64,000 bases of DNA, taken from the NCBI GenBank assembly GCA_965200545.1, contig CBDAUJ010000003.1:398504-462503 (forward strand), read 5' to 3'. The notes beneath the pieces were generated by a model, which saw only the letters and a list, made by a program, of their open reading frames with translations, was not told where the DNA came from and made no database searches. A program made the translations under genes and the position numbers. Source of the DNA: Arenicellales bacterium (GTDB lineage Bacteria; Pseudomonadota; Gammaproteobacteria; Arenicellales; JAJDZL01). This document shows, in pieces, positions 49,490 to 58,291 of this stretch; position 1 is the stretch's first letter; each line of letters opens with the position of its first letter.

Positions 49490-51904
49490 ATGAGATCGCA
49501 TGCGCGTGTGGTCATTGTCGGTGGTGGAATCGGCGGCGTCTCCACTTTGTACCATCTCACTCAAGAGGGCTGGTCAGATGCCGTACTGGTTGAGCGCGAT
49601 GAACTGACTTCTGGCTCCACTTGGCATGCCGCGGCTCAAGTCACGCAGTTTGGATCCAATCAGACCATGTGTGCGCTCAAGCGCCATTCAATCAATCTGT
49701 ATCGCGAGCTAGCAGCTGACTTGGAGTACCCGATCAACTATCACATCACAGGCGGAATGCGTCTAGCCTACACGCAAAATGACATAGACACCTATCGTCA
49801 CTTTATCGGCATGGCTGGCGGCATCGGGGTTGAGATGGAATTTATTGATCCGCAAGAAATATCAAGACGCCATCCGCTGATGAGGACGCATGATCTGCTC
49901 GGTGCGTGGTGGGATCCGCTTGACGGTGATATTGATCCGGCGCAACTGGTGTTTTCTTTGGCGCGACATGCCCGCAAGGCCGGTGCTGAGATCTGCCGAT
50001 TCAACGCCGCGCAGGCAATCACGAAAAAGTCCAATGGAGAATTCATTGTTCACACCCAAAAGGGCGATATCACCTGTGAGATCGTCGTCAATGCGGCTGG
50101 CTATCGTGTGCATGAGGTGGGGCACATGCTAGGGGTTGTCCATCCAGTGGTGTCGATGGAGCATCAGTATTTCCTGACGGAACCGATCACTGCCATTGAA
50201 GCACTGGACTTTCGCGTACCGATCATTCGCGACCGCAGCGACAGTTTCTACAGCCGGCAGGAAAAAACGGGTCTATTGGTCGGTGTCTATGAACACAATT
50301 GCAAACCGTTTGGAATGGATGGAATTGATCCCAAGTTCACCAAGTCACTGTGTCCATCCGACTTGGATCGGTGTTTGGACAATATGGCGGGCATATTCAA
50401 GCGTCTGCCGGCCCTGACTGATACTGGAATCCATACTGTCATAAATGGTCCCATAACTTACAGCGCTGACGGTGCGCCGCTCGTCGGTCCGATTCCGGGC
50501 ATCCGCAATGCCTACGCCTGCCTGGGTCTGCGGGCCGGCATCGGCGAAGGCGGTGGACTGGGCAAAGTGCTTGCTGAACTCATTGTCCATGGAGAATCCG
50601 AATGGGATGCGTGGCATCTTGATCCGCGGCGATTTTCTGCCTGGGTGACGGTCGAAGCAACCCGAGCGAAAGCGATTGAAGAGTATCAGCAGGAATTCGA
50701 TTACCATCTCCCCCATGAATACCGTGCAGCGGCACGCAATCTGTCGACAACGCCGCTTTATGCCGAACTGAGTCGACAACACTGTGCATGGGGCGTGGTC
50801 AACGGCTGGGAACGCGCATTGTTCTTCAAGCCTGATGCCAATTTCATTGACGAGCATTCATATCGGTTCACACCGACTTTCGACGTGGTTGCCGCAGAAG
50901 TCAATGGCATCAGCAATGGCGTTGGATTGATGGAGGTATCCGGATTCGGCCGATTCGAGATTCGAGGACCGGGGGCTGGGAATTTTCTGGATCGGCTGAC
51001 ATGCAGTGAATTACCGAAAAACACAGGCGCAGTCAAACTGTGCTACTTTCTCAATGAAAATGGTCATGTCCTGTCGGAGGCAACCGTGGCGAAATGCGGT
51101 GATGACTATTACTGGTATGGATGTGCTGCCGCGGCCGAATGGCATGACCGCGACTGGTTGCACTGGCATAAACCGACAGGGGTATCGGTTATCGAAAGAA
51201 TCACCAGCCATACAACACTAGTGATTGCTGGCCCCGATTCCCGAGCACTGCTTGCGTCGGCATGCACCGGAAACGACTGCTCCAACCAGACATTCAGGCC
51301 GATGCAGAATCAATCCATGACAATTGCGAATGCGCAAGTGATCGTGATGCGCGTCAGTTATTCGGGTGAACTAGCCTATGAGTTGCATGTGCCCAATACA
51401 CATTTGATTGAGGTGTATGAACAGTTGCGTGATGCGGGCCGTGCATTCAGACTTGTGCAGTTCGGCCTTTATGCCGCCGAGTCAATGCGTCTTGAAAAAG
51501 GCTATTTGCATTGGAAAGCCGACTTGGTATACGAGCACAACCCATTTGAGGCAGGACTGGAGCGTTTTGTCGTGATGGACAAGGAGAATTTCATCGGCCG
51601 CGAATCACTGGCAAAACAGAGGCGGCAAGGCAGTGCTCAACAACTGACAGCACTCACTGTTGATTGCGATCATGCCCCCGCCCACAGCGGTGATCCGATA
51701 TTCTTAAATGGCATTCAAGTCGGATCAGTTACGTCCGGCGGGTACGGGCACCGTGTGCAAAAGAACATTGCGTTTGCGTACATCGAAGCGGAGGCGGCAA
51801 AATACGGTGCACGAATTGAGGTCGGCATTCTCGGGCAGCGATATGCGGGGGCGGTGTCGCCGCGGTGTCTTTTCGACCGGAATAATCAGAGAGTCAGAAG
51901 CTAA
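49490..51904 (+). CDS. FAD-dependent oxidoreductase fused to GcvT-like folate-binding domain (sarcosine/dimethylglycine dehydrogenase-like)
   Basis: N-terminal VVIVGGGIGGVSTLYHL (DAO domain). C-terminal aminomethyltransferase-like region (EVSGFGRFEIRGPGAGNFLDRL, YSGELAYELHV). Trimmed to ATG 49490. Confidence 0.88.
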   Translation: MRSHARVVIVGGGIGGVSTLYHLTQEGWSDAVLVERDELTSGSTWHAAAQVTQFGSNQTMCALKRHSINLYRELAADLEYPINYHITGGMRLAYTQNDIDTYRHFIGMAGGIGVEMEFIDPQEISRRHPLMRTHDLLGAWWDPLDGDIDPAQLVFSLARHARKAGAEICRFNAAQAITKKSNGEFIVHTQKGDITCEIVVNAAGYRVHEVGHMLGVVHPVVSMEHQYFLTEPITAIEALDFRVPIIRDRSDSFYSRQEKTGLLVGVYEHNCKPFGMDGIDPKFTKSLCPSDLDRCLDNMAGIFKRLPALTDTGIHTVINGPITYSADGAPLVGPIPGIRNAYACLGLRAGIGEGGGLGKVLAELIVHGESEWDAWHLDPRRFSAWVTVEATRAKAIEEYQQEFDYHLPHEYRAAARNLSTTPLYAELSRQHCAWGVVNGWERALFFKPDANFIDEHSYRFTPTFDVVAAEVNGISNGVGLMEVSGFGRFEIRGPGAGNFLDRLTCSELPKNTGAVKLCYFLNENGHVLSEATVAKCGDDYYWYGCAAAAEWHDRDWLHWHKPTGVSVIERITSHTTLVIAGPDSRALLASACTGNDCSNQTFRPMQNQSMTIANAQVIVMRVSYSGELAYELHVPNTHLIEVYEQLRDAGRAFRLVQFGLYAAESMRLEKGYLHWKADLVYEHNPFEAGLERFVVMDKENFIGRESLAKQRRQGSAQQLTALTVDCDHAPAHSGDPIFLNGIQVGSVTSGGYGHRVQKNIAFAYIEAEAAKYGARIEVGILGQRYAGAVSPRCLFDRNNQRVRS

Positions 51905-52273
51905 GAGTGACAGTATTCTCATATCCATGCACATGGATATTCTGGCTGGCGATAACTGAAAAACCAGTTATCTGCAACTTTGCTGATCATGGTGCCCAAG
52001 AAGCGAACCCAGCAGCACCTAGTTGCGAGACAGGCGCAATAAGTTCTCGATTTCTTCGGCGAGAAATTGCCTATATGGCGACTTGTCGATCGTTTGTATC
52101 GCCGTATCTGGCAACAAGAACCGTCTCATCTCGTTTGCAAATGCCGCTGCAATGAACCTAATAAACCCTGCCGGATTCAGCTTCAAAACGAATTACAATC
52201 GGCTTTGAGATCGGGGCAGCGACTATATGAGGAGTCTATTTTTGCGAAAAACGCGACTTTGGCTGATGCGCTT

Positions 52274-52717
52274 TCAGCCAACCGGGAATACGCGAGTCAA
52301 TGTCTCATAGCCGGCCAGTATCGCAATCATCAAGATGCCCATACGTATAGAAATCCGATCAATTTTTCTTTCCAATCGCTGTTCCACCAACTCAAGATCC
52401 TTGCGGAATCTTGCCTCCATCTGCTCCATGTCCTTGCGGAGTCCCGCCTCCATCTGCGCCATGTCCTTGCGGACAGCATCAAGCTCTACCTTGAAGTCTT
52501 TGTGAAACGCTTCAAGATCCGACTTGACATCATTGCGAAGCGTTTCAAGATCCAACCTGGTGTCTTCACGAAGGATGGCAATATCCGACTTGCCTGCCAA
52601 TCCCTCGAGAATGGGACCTGCAAAAGCTTTGATGAGCACTTCGGACTGATGCTCATCAAAACCGCCAGCGCGCAAGCGCTTGGAAGCTTCCAGCGTATCA
52701 ATTACTGCAGCCTGCAT
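52274..52717 (-). CDS. DUF1640-like coiled-coil protein with C-terminal TM helix
   Basis: N-terminal TLEASKRLRAGGFDEHQSEVL, repetitive coiled coil (KDMAQMEAGLRKDMEQMEARFRKD), hydrophobic tail. Confidence 0.7.
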   Translation of the reverse strand: MQAAVIDTLEASKRLRAGGFDEHQSEVLIKAFAGPILEGLAGKSDIAILREDTRLDLETLRNDVKSDLEAFHKDFKVELDAVRKDMAQMEAGLRKDMEQMEARFRKDLELVEQRLERKIDRISIRMGILMIAILAGYETLTRVFPVG

Positions 52718-53208
52718 GGAAACAAACTCTAATTGTCCTGTGTCATTGTGTCATACCTGTCGTTCACCTGATTGTCGATTTTACATGATTTCATAATCAA
52801 AAGAGAAGATGAACATTTTTGCAAACCCAGCATACCGTCAGCTTTCAAGACGAGTTATCGCTGACGGCATAGGTCAGTTGCTGCCGGCCAATATGCATAA
52901 CCGACATTGACGCGATCCGATTTTCAAATTCTAAGTCAGAATTTGAGCAAATCTCCCACTCTACTCAGCCATCAGGCGCGAATCTCTATGGCATCGAATT
53001 CGCCGAGTTCTGTCAGTTCGACTGTTTTGCAGCGACCTGACTAAATAACCGTTCTCATTGCAGAATCGAATCAACATTGAAACTCAGGGAACTCGATTTG
53101 AACTCCATATTCAAAAGCAATTCGATGGAGTGAAAAAATCTATCTAGCAATAATATGTAAAATTCGAAATCGTGATGTTCAGTGTTAAAGCTAGAGACTG
53201 CTGTTCGC

Positions 53209-54551
53209 CTATTCCCTCGCAAATTGCATAACTTTCTCTTCAGACTTCGGATGGCATACTTTGTGAACTAAAGCTGCGTTTTTTAATGAAGTTTGTCCAC
53301 CCATACTATGCTCTACAATGTGATGAATTTCGGCATCCGACCAATTTAAACCGCCACCACAAACCGAACAGACTTTTCTCTGTTGGAAATACACCAGCTC
53401 TCGAATCTCATCGGGAAATTCTCTTTGCGTATCTTTTGGACATGTTGAAAGCATATTCGCAAGCATTTCGGCGACAAAAAAGTATGTCTTCGAGAAATAC
53501 TTTCGCTATTTGCGCTACTAACTCTAGTCCACGTTCCATATTCTAACCGATACTTATATATTGGACCAGAATCATCTACTTGAGATGCTGCCCTTAAGTT
53601 TAGATTGAACTTATCCAAAGCTAATGCAAATTCTTGTTGCCAAGTAGGGCTGAAGTCAACAAGCAAAGCTGCATGAATAACATGGTGCGCCTTCAATTTT
53701 GGGCGTTTATCGTCTCTTAACAGTTTGTGTAACAGATCAAATATGCCTCAAATTCTCTTCGCATCTTCTCCATTTGGATCAAAATCAAGGTTATCGTAAT
53801 ATAGATCGTCAATTGCACCCGCGTTAATGTCCGGGAAATCTCCGCCTGCTCTCTTTCGCTGAATCAGCAACAAAGAAGTCACTTGGGCTGCAAGTTGCCT
53901 AGTCTTACCTCGATCACTGCGCGGTTTTGCACCCATTACTTCTTTAAAAATTCATGGCCAGGATAGCCGATCATTTCAGGCTTTCCCCCAAGACGTAGTA
54001 TGAAATCGTTCATACCCCTGGCATAGCATCTCGACGCTCTTGTGCGTTTAATGCGCTACCTGCCTGCAGACGCACGAAAAGATCGAGAATTTTATTAACG
54101 TCATCTGATTGAATCATCACAACTAAGAGTGGTGTTCTCTTTAGCTGTTCTTGATAATCTGGCGGAAATTCGTGGAAGTATTTCCCTGCCCAAGGACATG
54201 ATTGTTTCACTAAAAATTGGGGAAATTTAGCTTCATTATTTTGTGTTTGTGGATCAAACAGCCGGAAGTCGCCTTCTACATACTTGTATATTGATGTCAA
54301 TCGCTGTTGTCCATCAATTATTTCGAGACCCTCTCGAGTTAAACCAGCGATCTCTTCTTTCTTCTCGTGAAGATATAACAAAGGAAGTGTGTAACCACGA
54401 AGTAACGAATCAATGAGCTTTTTTGTTGAGGCATTGTCCAAACAATGCCACGCTGATATTCCGGATTTGCAATCATCATTCCGGATTTGAACAAGTCTAT
54501 AAGTTCGGCAACTACTTTTGTTTTGCTTGTTTTGCGTTCAACTTTCATCAT
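53209..54551 (-). pseudogene. Frameshifted DUF262 (ParB-like nuclease) - HNH gene, GmrSD-like
   Basis: Five ORF fragments in alternating frames: NPEYQRGIVW (54339-54551), IIDGQQRLTSIY (54010-54441), middle pieces, and an HNH end CSVCGG...EIHHIVEHSMGG...HKVCH (53209-53466). Confidence 0.65.
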
Positions 54552-54568
54552 TTTCAGTTTTCAGACCC

Positions 54569-56097
54569 TATGTTTTAACCTGTTCTGCACAAATTATCGG
54601 GAGTGCGCGATATAGAATATGCGTATTTCCAACGTTTCACCACCACCAGAGGAGCAGGCATGAAAGATTATAGAGAGCGTGACAGCGGGGGTTTGGAATC
54701 GACGGGGCGGATGCTGGTCCATGCGGGGCTGGATGTTCACAAGGACACGGTGGCCGTGGCGGTGGCGTATCGGCCGCATCCGTCTCGGCCGCTGTCGGTT
54801 GAGGATCGCGGCACGGTGGCCAACCGGCCGGGGGCGCTGCTCAAGCTGATCGAGGGGCTGCGGCAGGAATTCGGCGAGTCGGTGCATGCGGCGTATGAGG
54901 CGGGCGCGTGCGGCTTTGTGATCTGGCGCCAGCTTCGGGACCTGGGCGTGAGCTGCGAGGTGGCGGCGCCTTCGCTGATTCCGAAAAAGCCCGGTGTCCG
55001 GGTCAAGACCGACCGGCGCGATGCGCGCGAGCTGGCGCGGCTGTCCGCGCTGGGCAGCCTGACGCCGGTGTGGGTGCCGGATGCCGAGCAGGAGGCCATG
55101 CGGGATCTGGTGCGCCTGCGCGCCGACCTCAAGGGCAGTATTCAAAAACAGCGCCAGCAGCTGAATCATTTTGTGCTGCGTCACGGTCATCAATGGTCCC
55201 GAACCAAGTGGACTCGGGCGCACCGCAGCTGGCTGCGAGACCGGAAGTTTTCCCATCCGGCGCAGCAGATTGCGCTGGCCAGCGCCCTGGACACTGTGGA
55301 GCAGCAGGAACAGCGCCTCAGCGAGCTGGAGCGCGACATTGGCGCCCAGTGCGAGCTGTGGACACTCCATCCGCTGGTCGAGTCGCTGCGCGCCCTGCGC
55401 GGGATCGACACGCTGACCGCTGTCACTGTGGCCGCTGAGATCGGCGACCTGCGCCGCTTCCGCAGCGCCGGACAGTTCATGGCGTATCTCGGCCTGACAC
55501 CCAGCGAGTTCAGCAGCGGCTCGCGCCGGCGCACCGGCGCCATCACCCGGACCGGCAATGGCGCAGTGCGCAGAATCCTCACCGAAAGCGCCTGGACTTA
55601 CCGCCATCCGCCACGCCGCACCAGACATCTCCAGCGCAAGGCGCAGCACGCTTCCGAATACGCTGTGAAACGCGCCTGGGTGGCCCAGAAAAGACTGTGC
55701 GGCCGATATCTGGCGCTGTGCCGCAAAGGCAAGAGCTCCAAAACCGTTGTCACCGCCATCGCCCGCGAGCTGGCCGGCTTCATCTGGGACATCGGCTGCC
55801 ACGAGCTGCGCCGGCTGCAGGTCGAGGCTGAGCGCTGACCGATCAATCGCAGCAGGTGCAGGTCTTATGGAAAAACCCTCGTTGTTTCTAGGTCGGCGCA
55901 TTGGCCATATGGCCAATGCGATCCACGAAATCAGACTGAGGCAGATCCGTGACGCAACAGAGTCATGTGGTAATCAACCCACGCATATCAGATTGTCAAC
56001 TCAGTGTCACCGCCAAGGCCGCACCTGCTGCTTTTCTTCATCAGAGTATTATTGTATATTGAACGAATCCGGGAAACGACAAACAGGTTAAAACATA
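54569..56097 (+). mobile_element. IS110-family (IS1111-like organisation) insertion sequence
   Basis: Perfect 16-bp inverted repeats TATGTTTTAACCTGTT (54569-54584) and AACAGGTTAAAACATA (56082-56097). Short 5' and long (~260 bp) 3' non-coding ends. GC-rich transposase gene in AT-rich surroundings. True ends may extend a few bp beyond the IRs. Confidence 0.8.
54660..55838 (+). CDS. IS110-family (DEDD) transposase
   Basis: GLDVHKDTVAVAV N-terminal motif. C-terminal GIDTLTAVTVAAEIGDLRRFRSAGQFMAYLGLTPSEFSSG. GGAG precedes ATG 54660. Confidence 0.9.
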   Translation: MKDYRERDSGGLESTGRMLVHAGLDVHKDTVAVAVAYRPHPSRPLSVEDRGTVANRPGALLKLIEGLRQEFGESVHAAYEAGACGFVIWRQLRDLGVSCEVAAPSLIPKKPGVRVKTDRRDARELARLSALGSLTPVWVPDAEQEAMRDLVRLRADLKGSIQKQRQQLNHFVLRHGHQWSRTKWTRAHRSWLRDRKFSHPAQQIALASALDTVEQQEQRLSELERDIGAQCELWTLHPLVESLRALRGIDTLTAVTVAAEIGDLRRFRSAGQFMAYLGLTPSEFSSGSRRRTGAITRTGNGAVRRILTESAWTYRHPPRRTRHLQRKAQHASEYAVKRAWVAQKRLCGRYLALCRKGKSSKTVVTAIARELAGFIWDIGCHELRRLQVEAER

Positions 56098-56104
56098 TCA
56101 GAAA
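55975..56104 (+). repeat. 130-bp IS 3'-tail, copy 1 (identical to 58075-58204)
   Basis: Base-for-base identity read directly from the sequence. Offset is exactly 2100 bp, direct orientation. Confidence 0.95.
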
Positions 56105-56384
56105 CTAATATTCCTAAAAATGATTACAAGATGAATGATTTAATAAAAAACTGGTAAATTTTTCTCCCACTGATTAATTAAATTGGGTGCCCATTGAATT
56201 CTATCACCATTATTTTTGACCACTTTCGATTCACCTGTAAGGGCAACGTTTTACCATCCAAATTTACACCTCGGATAGTTACCGCTACGAGCCTTCCAGA
56301 CGATACCATTACTAAAATCGATACCATTACTAAAATCACTTCACCCGAAACCGGTGATGCGAACAAAGGTTTGACTGCGTTGGT

Positions 56385-56609
56385 GGATCTGGACGGTAAG
56401 AATCCGCACCATTACCGACATTCAAATTCAGATTACGTTACTTGATTCGGCAGACGAGCCGATTTACCAAAGGATAGCGAGTAAATCTATGAAATTGCAA
56501 GAACTTGGAATGAGTTGTCGTAAAATTGCCGAATGCTTGGGAGCGGACGAAAAAACTGTTGCCAAAGCAATTCGATGGGCAAAGGGGTTCATCCTGTAGT
56601 TTCAAACAA
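56385..56609 (+). pseudogene. 5'-truncated copy of a small HTH gene (paralogue of 60547-60819)
   Basis: Gapless 60-residue alignment with the 60547 ORF (WW.W..IRT...LD.S..P.YQ.IA.KS..L..LG.S.R.IA..L..DEKTVAKAI). A stop lies 2 codons before the WW motif and there is no usable start until an internal ATG (56499). Confidence 0.5.
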
Positions 56610-56757
56610 TAGCAATTAACGTTCCCCTCGTTCTTCAAGATTACCGCAAATCCATTTGTTCCACTATAACCTGTCCCTCCACCCCACAACTTCTTACCTA
56701 AGAATTTAACGTGAACCAATAGTCACCGTTAGCGTTACATCAGACCGAAAATACTTG

Positions 56758-57672
56758 CTACAACAATTTCAAGTCAAAACTCGTCGCCGCACGCTGAGGA
56801 ACAAATATGCCGGATTGATACGCAATCGTGAGAATGATTGTCGTGCAAAGTTTAAACGCATCTTCACTGAGGGCGCACAACTCAGAATCCTCGAGATTAC
56901 CGGCTGGAGCATTTCCCTTGGAATCCCGATGGAATAGTCGACTTCGTTTCTTATAAATCTTATCCCATTCTGGCAACAATTCAGACAAATTGTGATGATT
57001 CCAGAGGTGTTTGACCCTTCGACCGACAGACACTCGTGATCGTATTTCTTTTATTGCACTGATCACCATCTCTGCTCCTTCAATATCTTCGTGACCATTC
57101 TCTATAGATTCGACTATCCAATCTATTCGGTTTGTCTGTTCAGTTGTCCATTTTGGCTCCTTTGCGAGGCCTTCTACCGTTGATACCGATAATACTAACT
57201 TAGCAATAGAGTCACTACTAGCGTCTGCGAGATTCAGAACACGTATTGCCATCTGAATTGACTCAGAACCTGAGACGTTCTCGCTATTTTTGGAAAAGAT
57301 TTCTTGGAGCACTTGAGTAAAAATGTCGGCGTTTCGTCCTCCTTTGAGATTGGCACAGCCTTGAATTGGAGGAATAAAATCATTGTCATCCCGAAAGACC
57401 GTGATTCCGTGCACATCCGGTAATACATTGCACGATTCGCCATAAATTGCTGAGATAATTTCTGGATTGACATCCGATAATTTCTGATTATCTCCGTAAT
57501 TTCTGGCATCCAATCCCACACGACAACAAACTCCCGCCATATGTAATGCTTGACGTAATTTCTCTCCGAATATTCGACCTTCTTCCTCAGTCTTGAAACC
57601 ACTACTCTCAAAAATCAGCCAATCCACTTCCGACAGAGGTAACTGAGACTCTCCTTCCGATTTAATAGTCAA
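56758..57672 (-). CDS. Hypothetical 304-aa protein; helical C-terminal half carries an Rx4H (HEPN-like) motif
   Basis: Long intact ORF in AT-rich DNA with no family recognised by eye. RSRLFH at residues 243-248 (56929-56946), flanked by predicted helices. Confidence 0.6.
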   Translation of the reverse strand: MTIKSEGESQLPLSEVDWLIFESSGFKTEEEGRIFGEKLRQALHMAGVCCRVGLDARNYGDNQKLSDVNPEIISAIYGESCNVLPDVHGITVFRDDNDFIPPIQGCANLKGGRNADIFTQVLQEIFSKNSENVSGSESIQMAIRVLNLADASSDSIAKLVLSVSTVEGLAKEPKWTTEQTNRIDWIVESIENGHEDIEGAEMVISAIKEIRSRVSVGRRVKHLWNHHNLSELLPEWDKIYKKRSRLFHRDSKGNAPAGNLEDSELCALSEDAFKLCTTIILTIAYQSGIFVPQRAATSFDLKLL

Positions 57673-57757
57673 AGTTTGGCTTTCTCCAATCTTTACAATC
57701 AGCGATTCTTTTTCTTAATTTAATCGTGTTCCTACACTTGCTTTTAGGTGCACGCGA

Positions 57758-57946
57758 TTGAACATTTCCGATTATGCGCGCAAACGCGCCTGGGACGCAC
57801 AAAAGCGGCTGTGCCCGCACTATCTTAAATTCGTGCGAAGTGCGAAAAGCAACAAAACCGCAGTCGCCGCCATCGCCAGGGAACTCGCCGGCTTTGTCTG
57901 GGACATCGGCTGCCATGAATTCAACCGGCAGTCGGAAATCGCTTAA
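57758..57946 (+). pseudogene. C-terminal remnant of a second, diverged IS110-family transposase
   Basis: SDYARKRAWDAQKRLC...AIARELAGFVWDIGCHE aligns with the last ~60 aa of the 54660-55838 transposase. No N-terminal part and no left IR. Confidence 0.75.
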
Positions 57947-58074
57947 CGGCTGATGGTGAGATCGAATGGTAACCCTCGACGTTATCTATGCTGGCTCGAC
58001 AGCGCTTGGCGTTGTCTATAACCCGCGAATTTAGAGTGAGGAAGACCCATGACGCAACAGGGAACTGTGGTATC

Positions 58075-58204
58075 CAACCCACGCATATCAGATTGTCAAC
58101 TCAGTGTCACCGCCAAGGCCGCACCTGCTGCTTTTCTTCATCAGAGTATTATTGTATATTGAACGAATCCGGGAAACGACAAACAGGTTAAAACATATCA
58201 GAAA
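58075..58204 (+). repeat. 130-bp IS 3'-tail, copy 2 (identical to 55975-56104), includes the right IR at 58182-58197
   Basis: Identity read directly from the sequence. Upstream similarity decays into the diverged remnant. Confidence 0.95.
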
Positions 58205-58291
58205 TATGTCTTCGATTTAGAGTACAGATTCAGCTTTGACAGCCCGAGATCAATGCTTCATCTGCCCAAGAAATCGCTCAGTGTAAATTGC

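Noticed and set aside
51921-51940. Perfect palindrome ATATCCATG-CA-CATGGATAT right after the DAO-GcvT stop codon
   Set aside because: It could be a terminator stem or an operator, but no U-tract follows and there is no second copy. The evidence is insufficient to call a feature.
54594-55916. 440-aa ORF antisense to the IS110-family transposase
   Set aside because: Arg/Pro/Ala-rich with no motifs, and fully overlapped by a transposase with clear family motifs. It is a GC-rich antisense artefact.
56302-56337. Tandem 18-bp duplication GATACCATTACTAAAATC x2
   Set aside because: There are only two abutting copies with no spacers, so it is not a CRISPR array. It is most likely a slippage duplication in decayed DNA.
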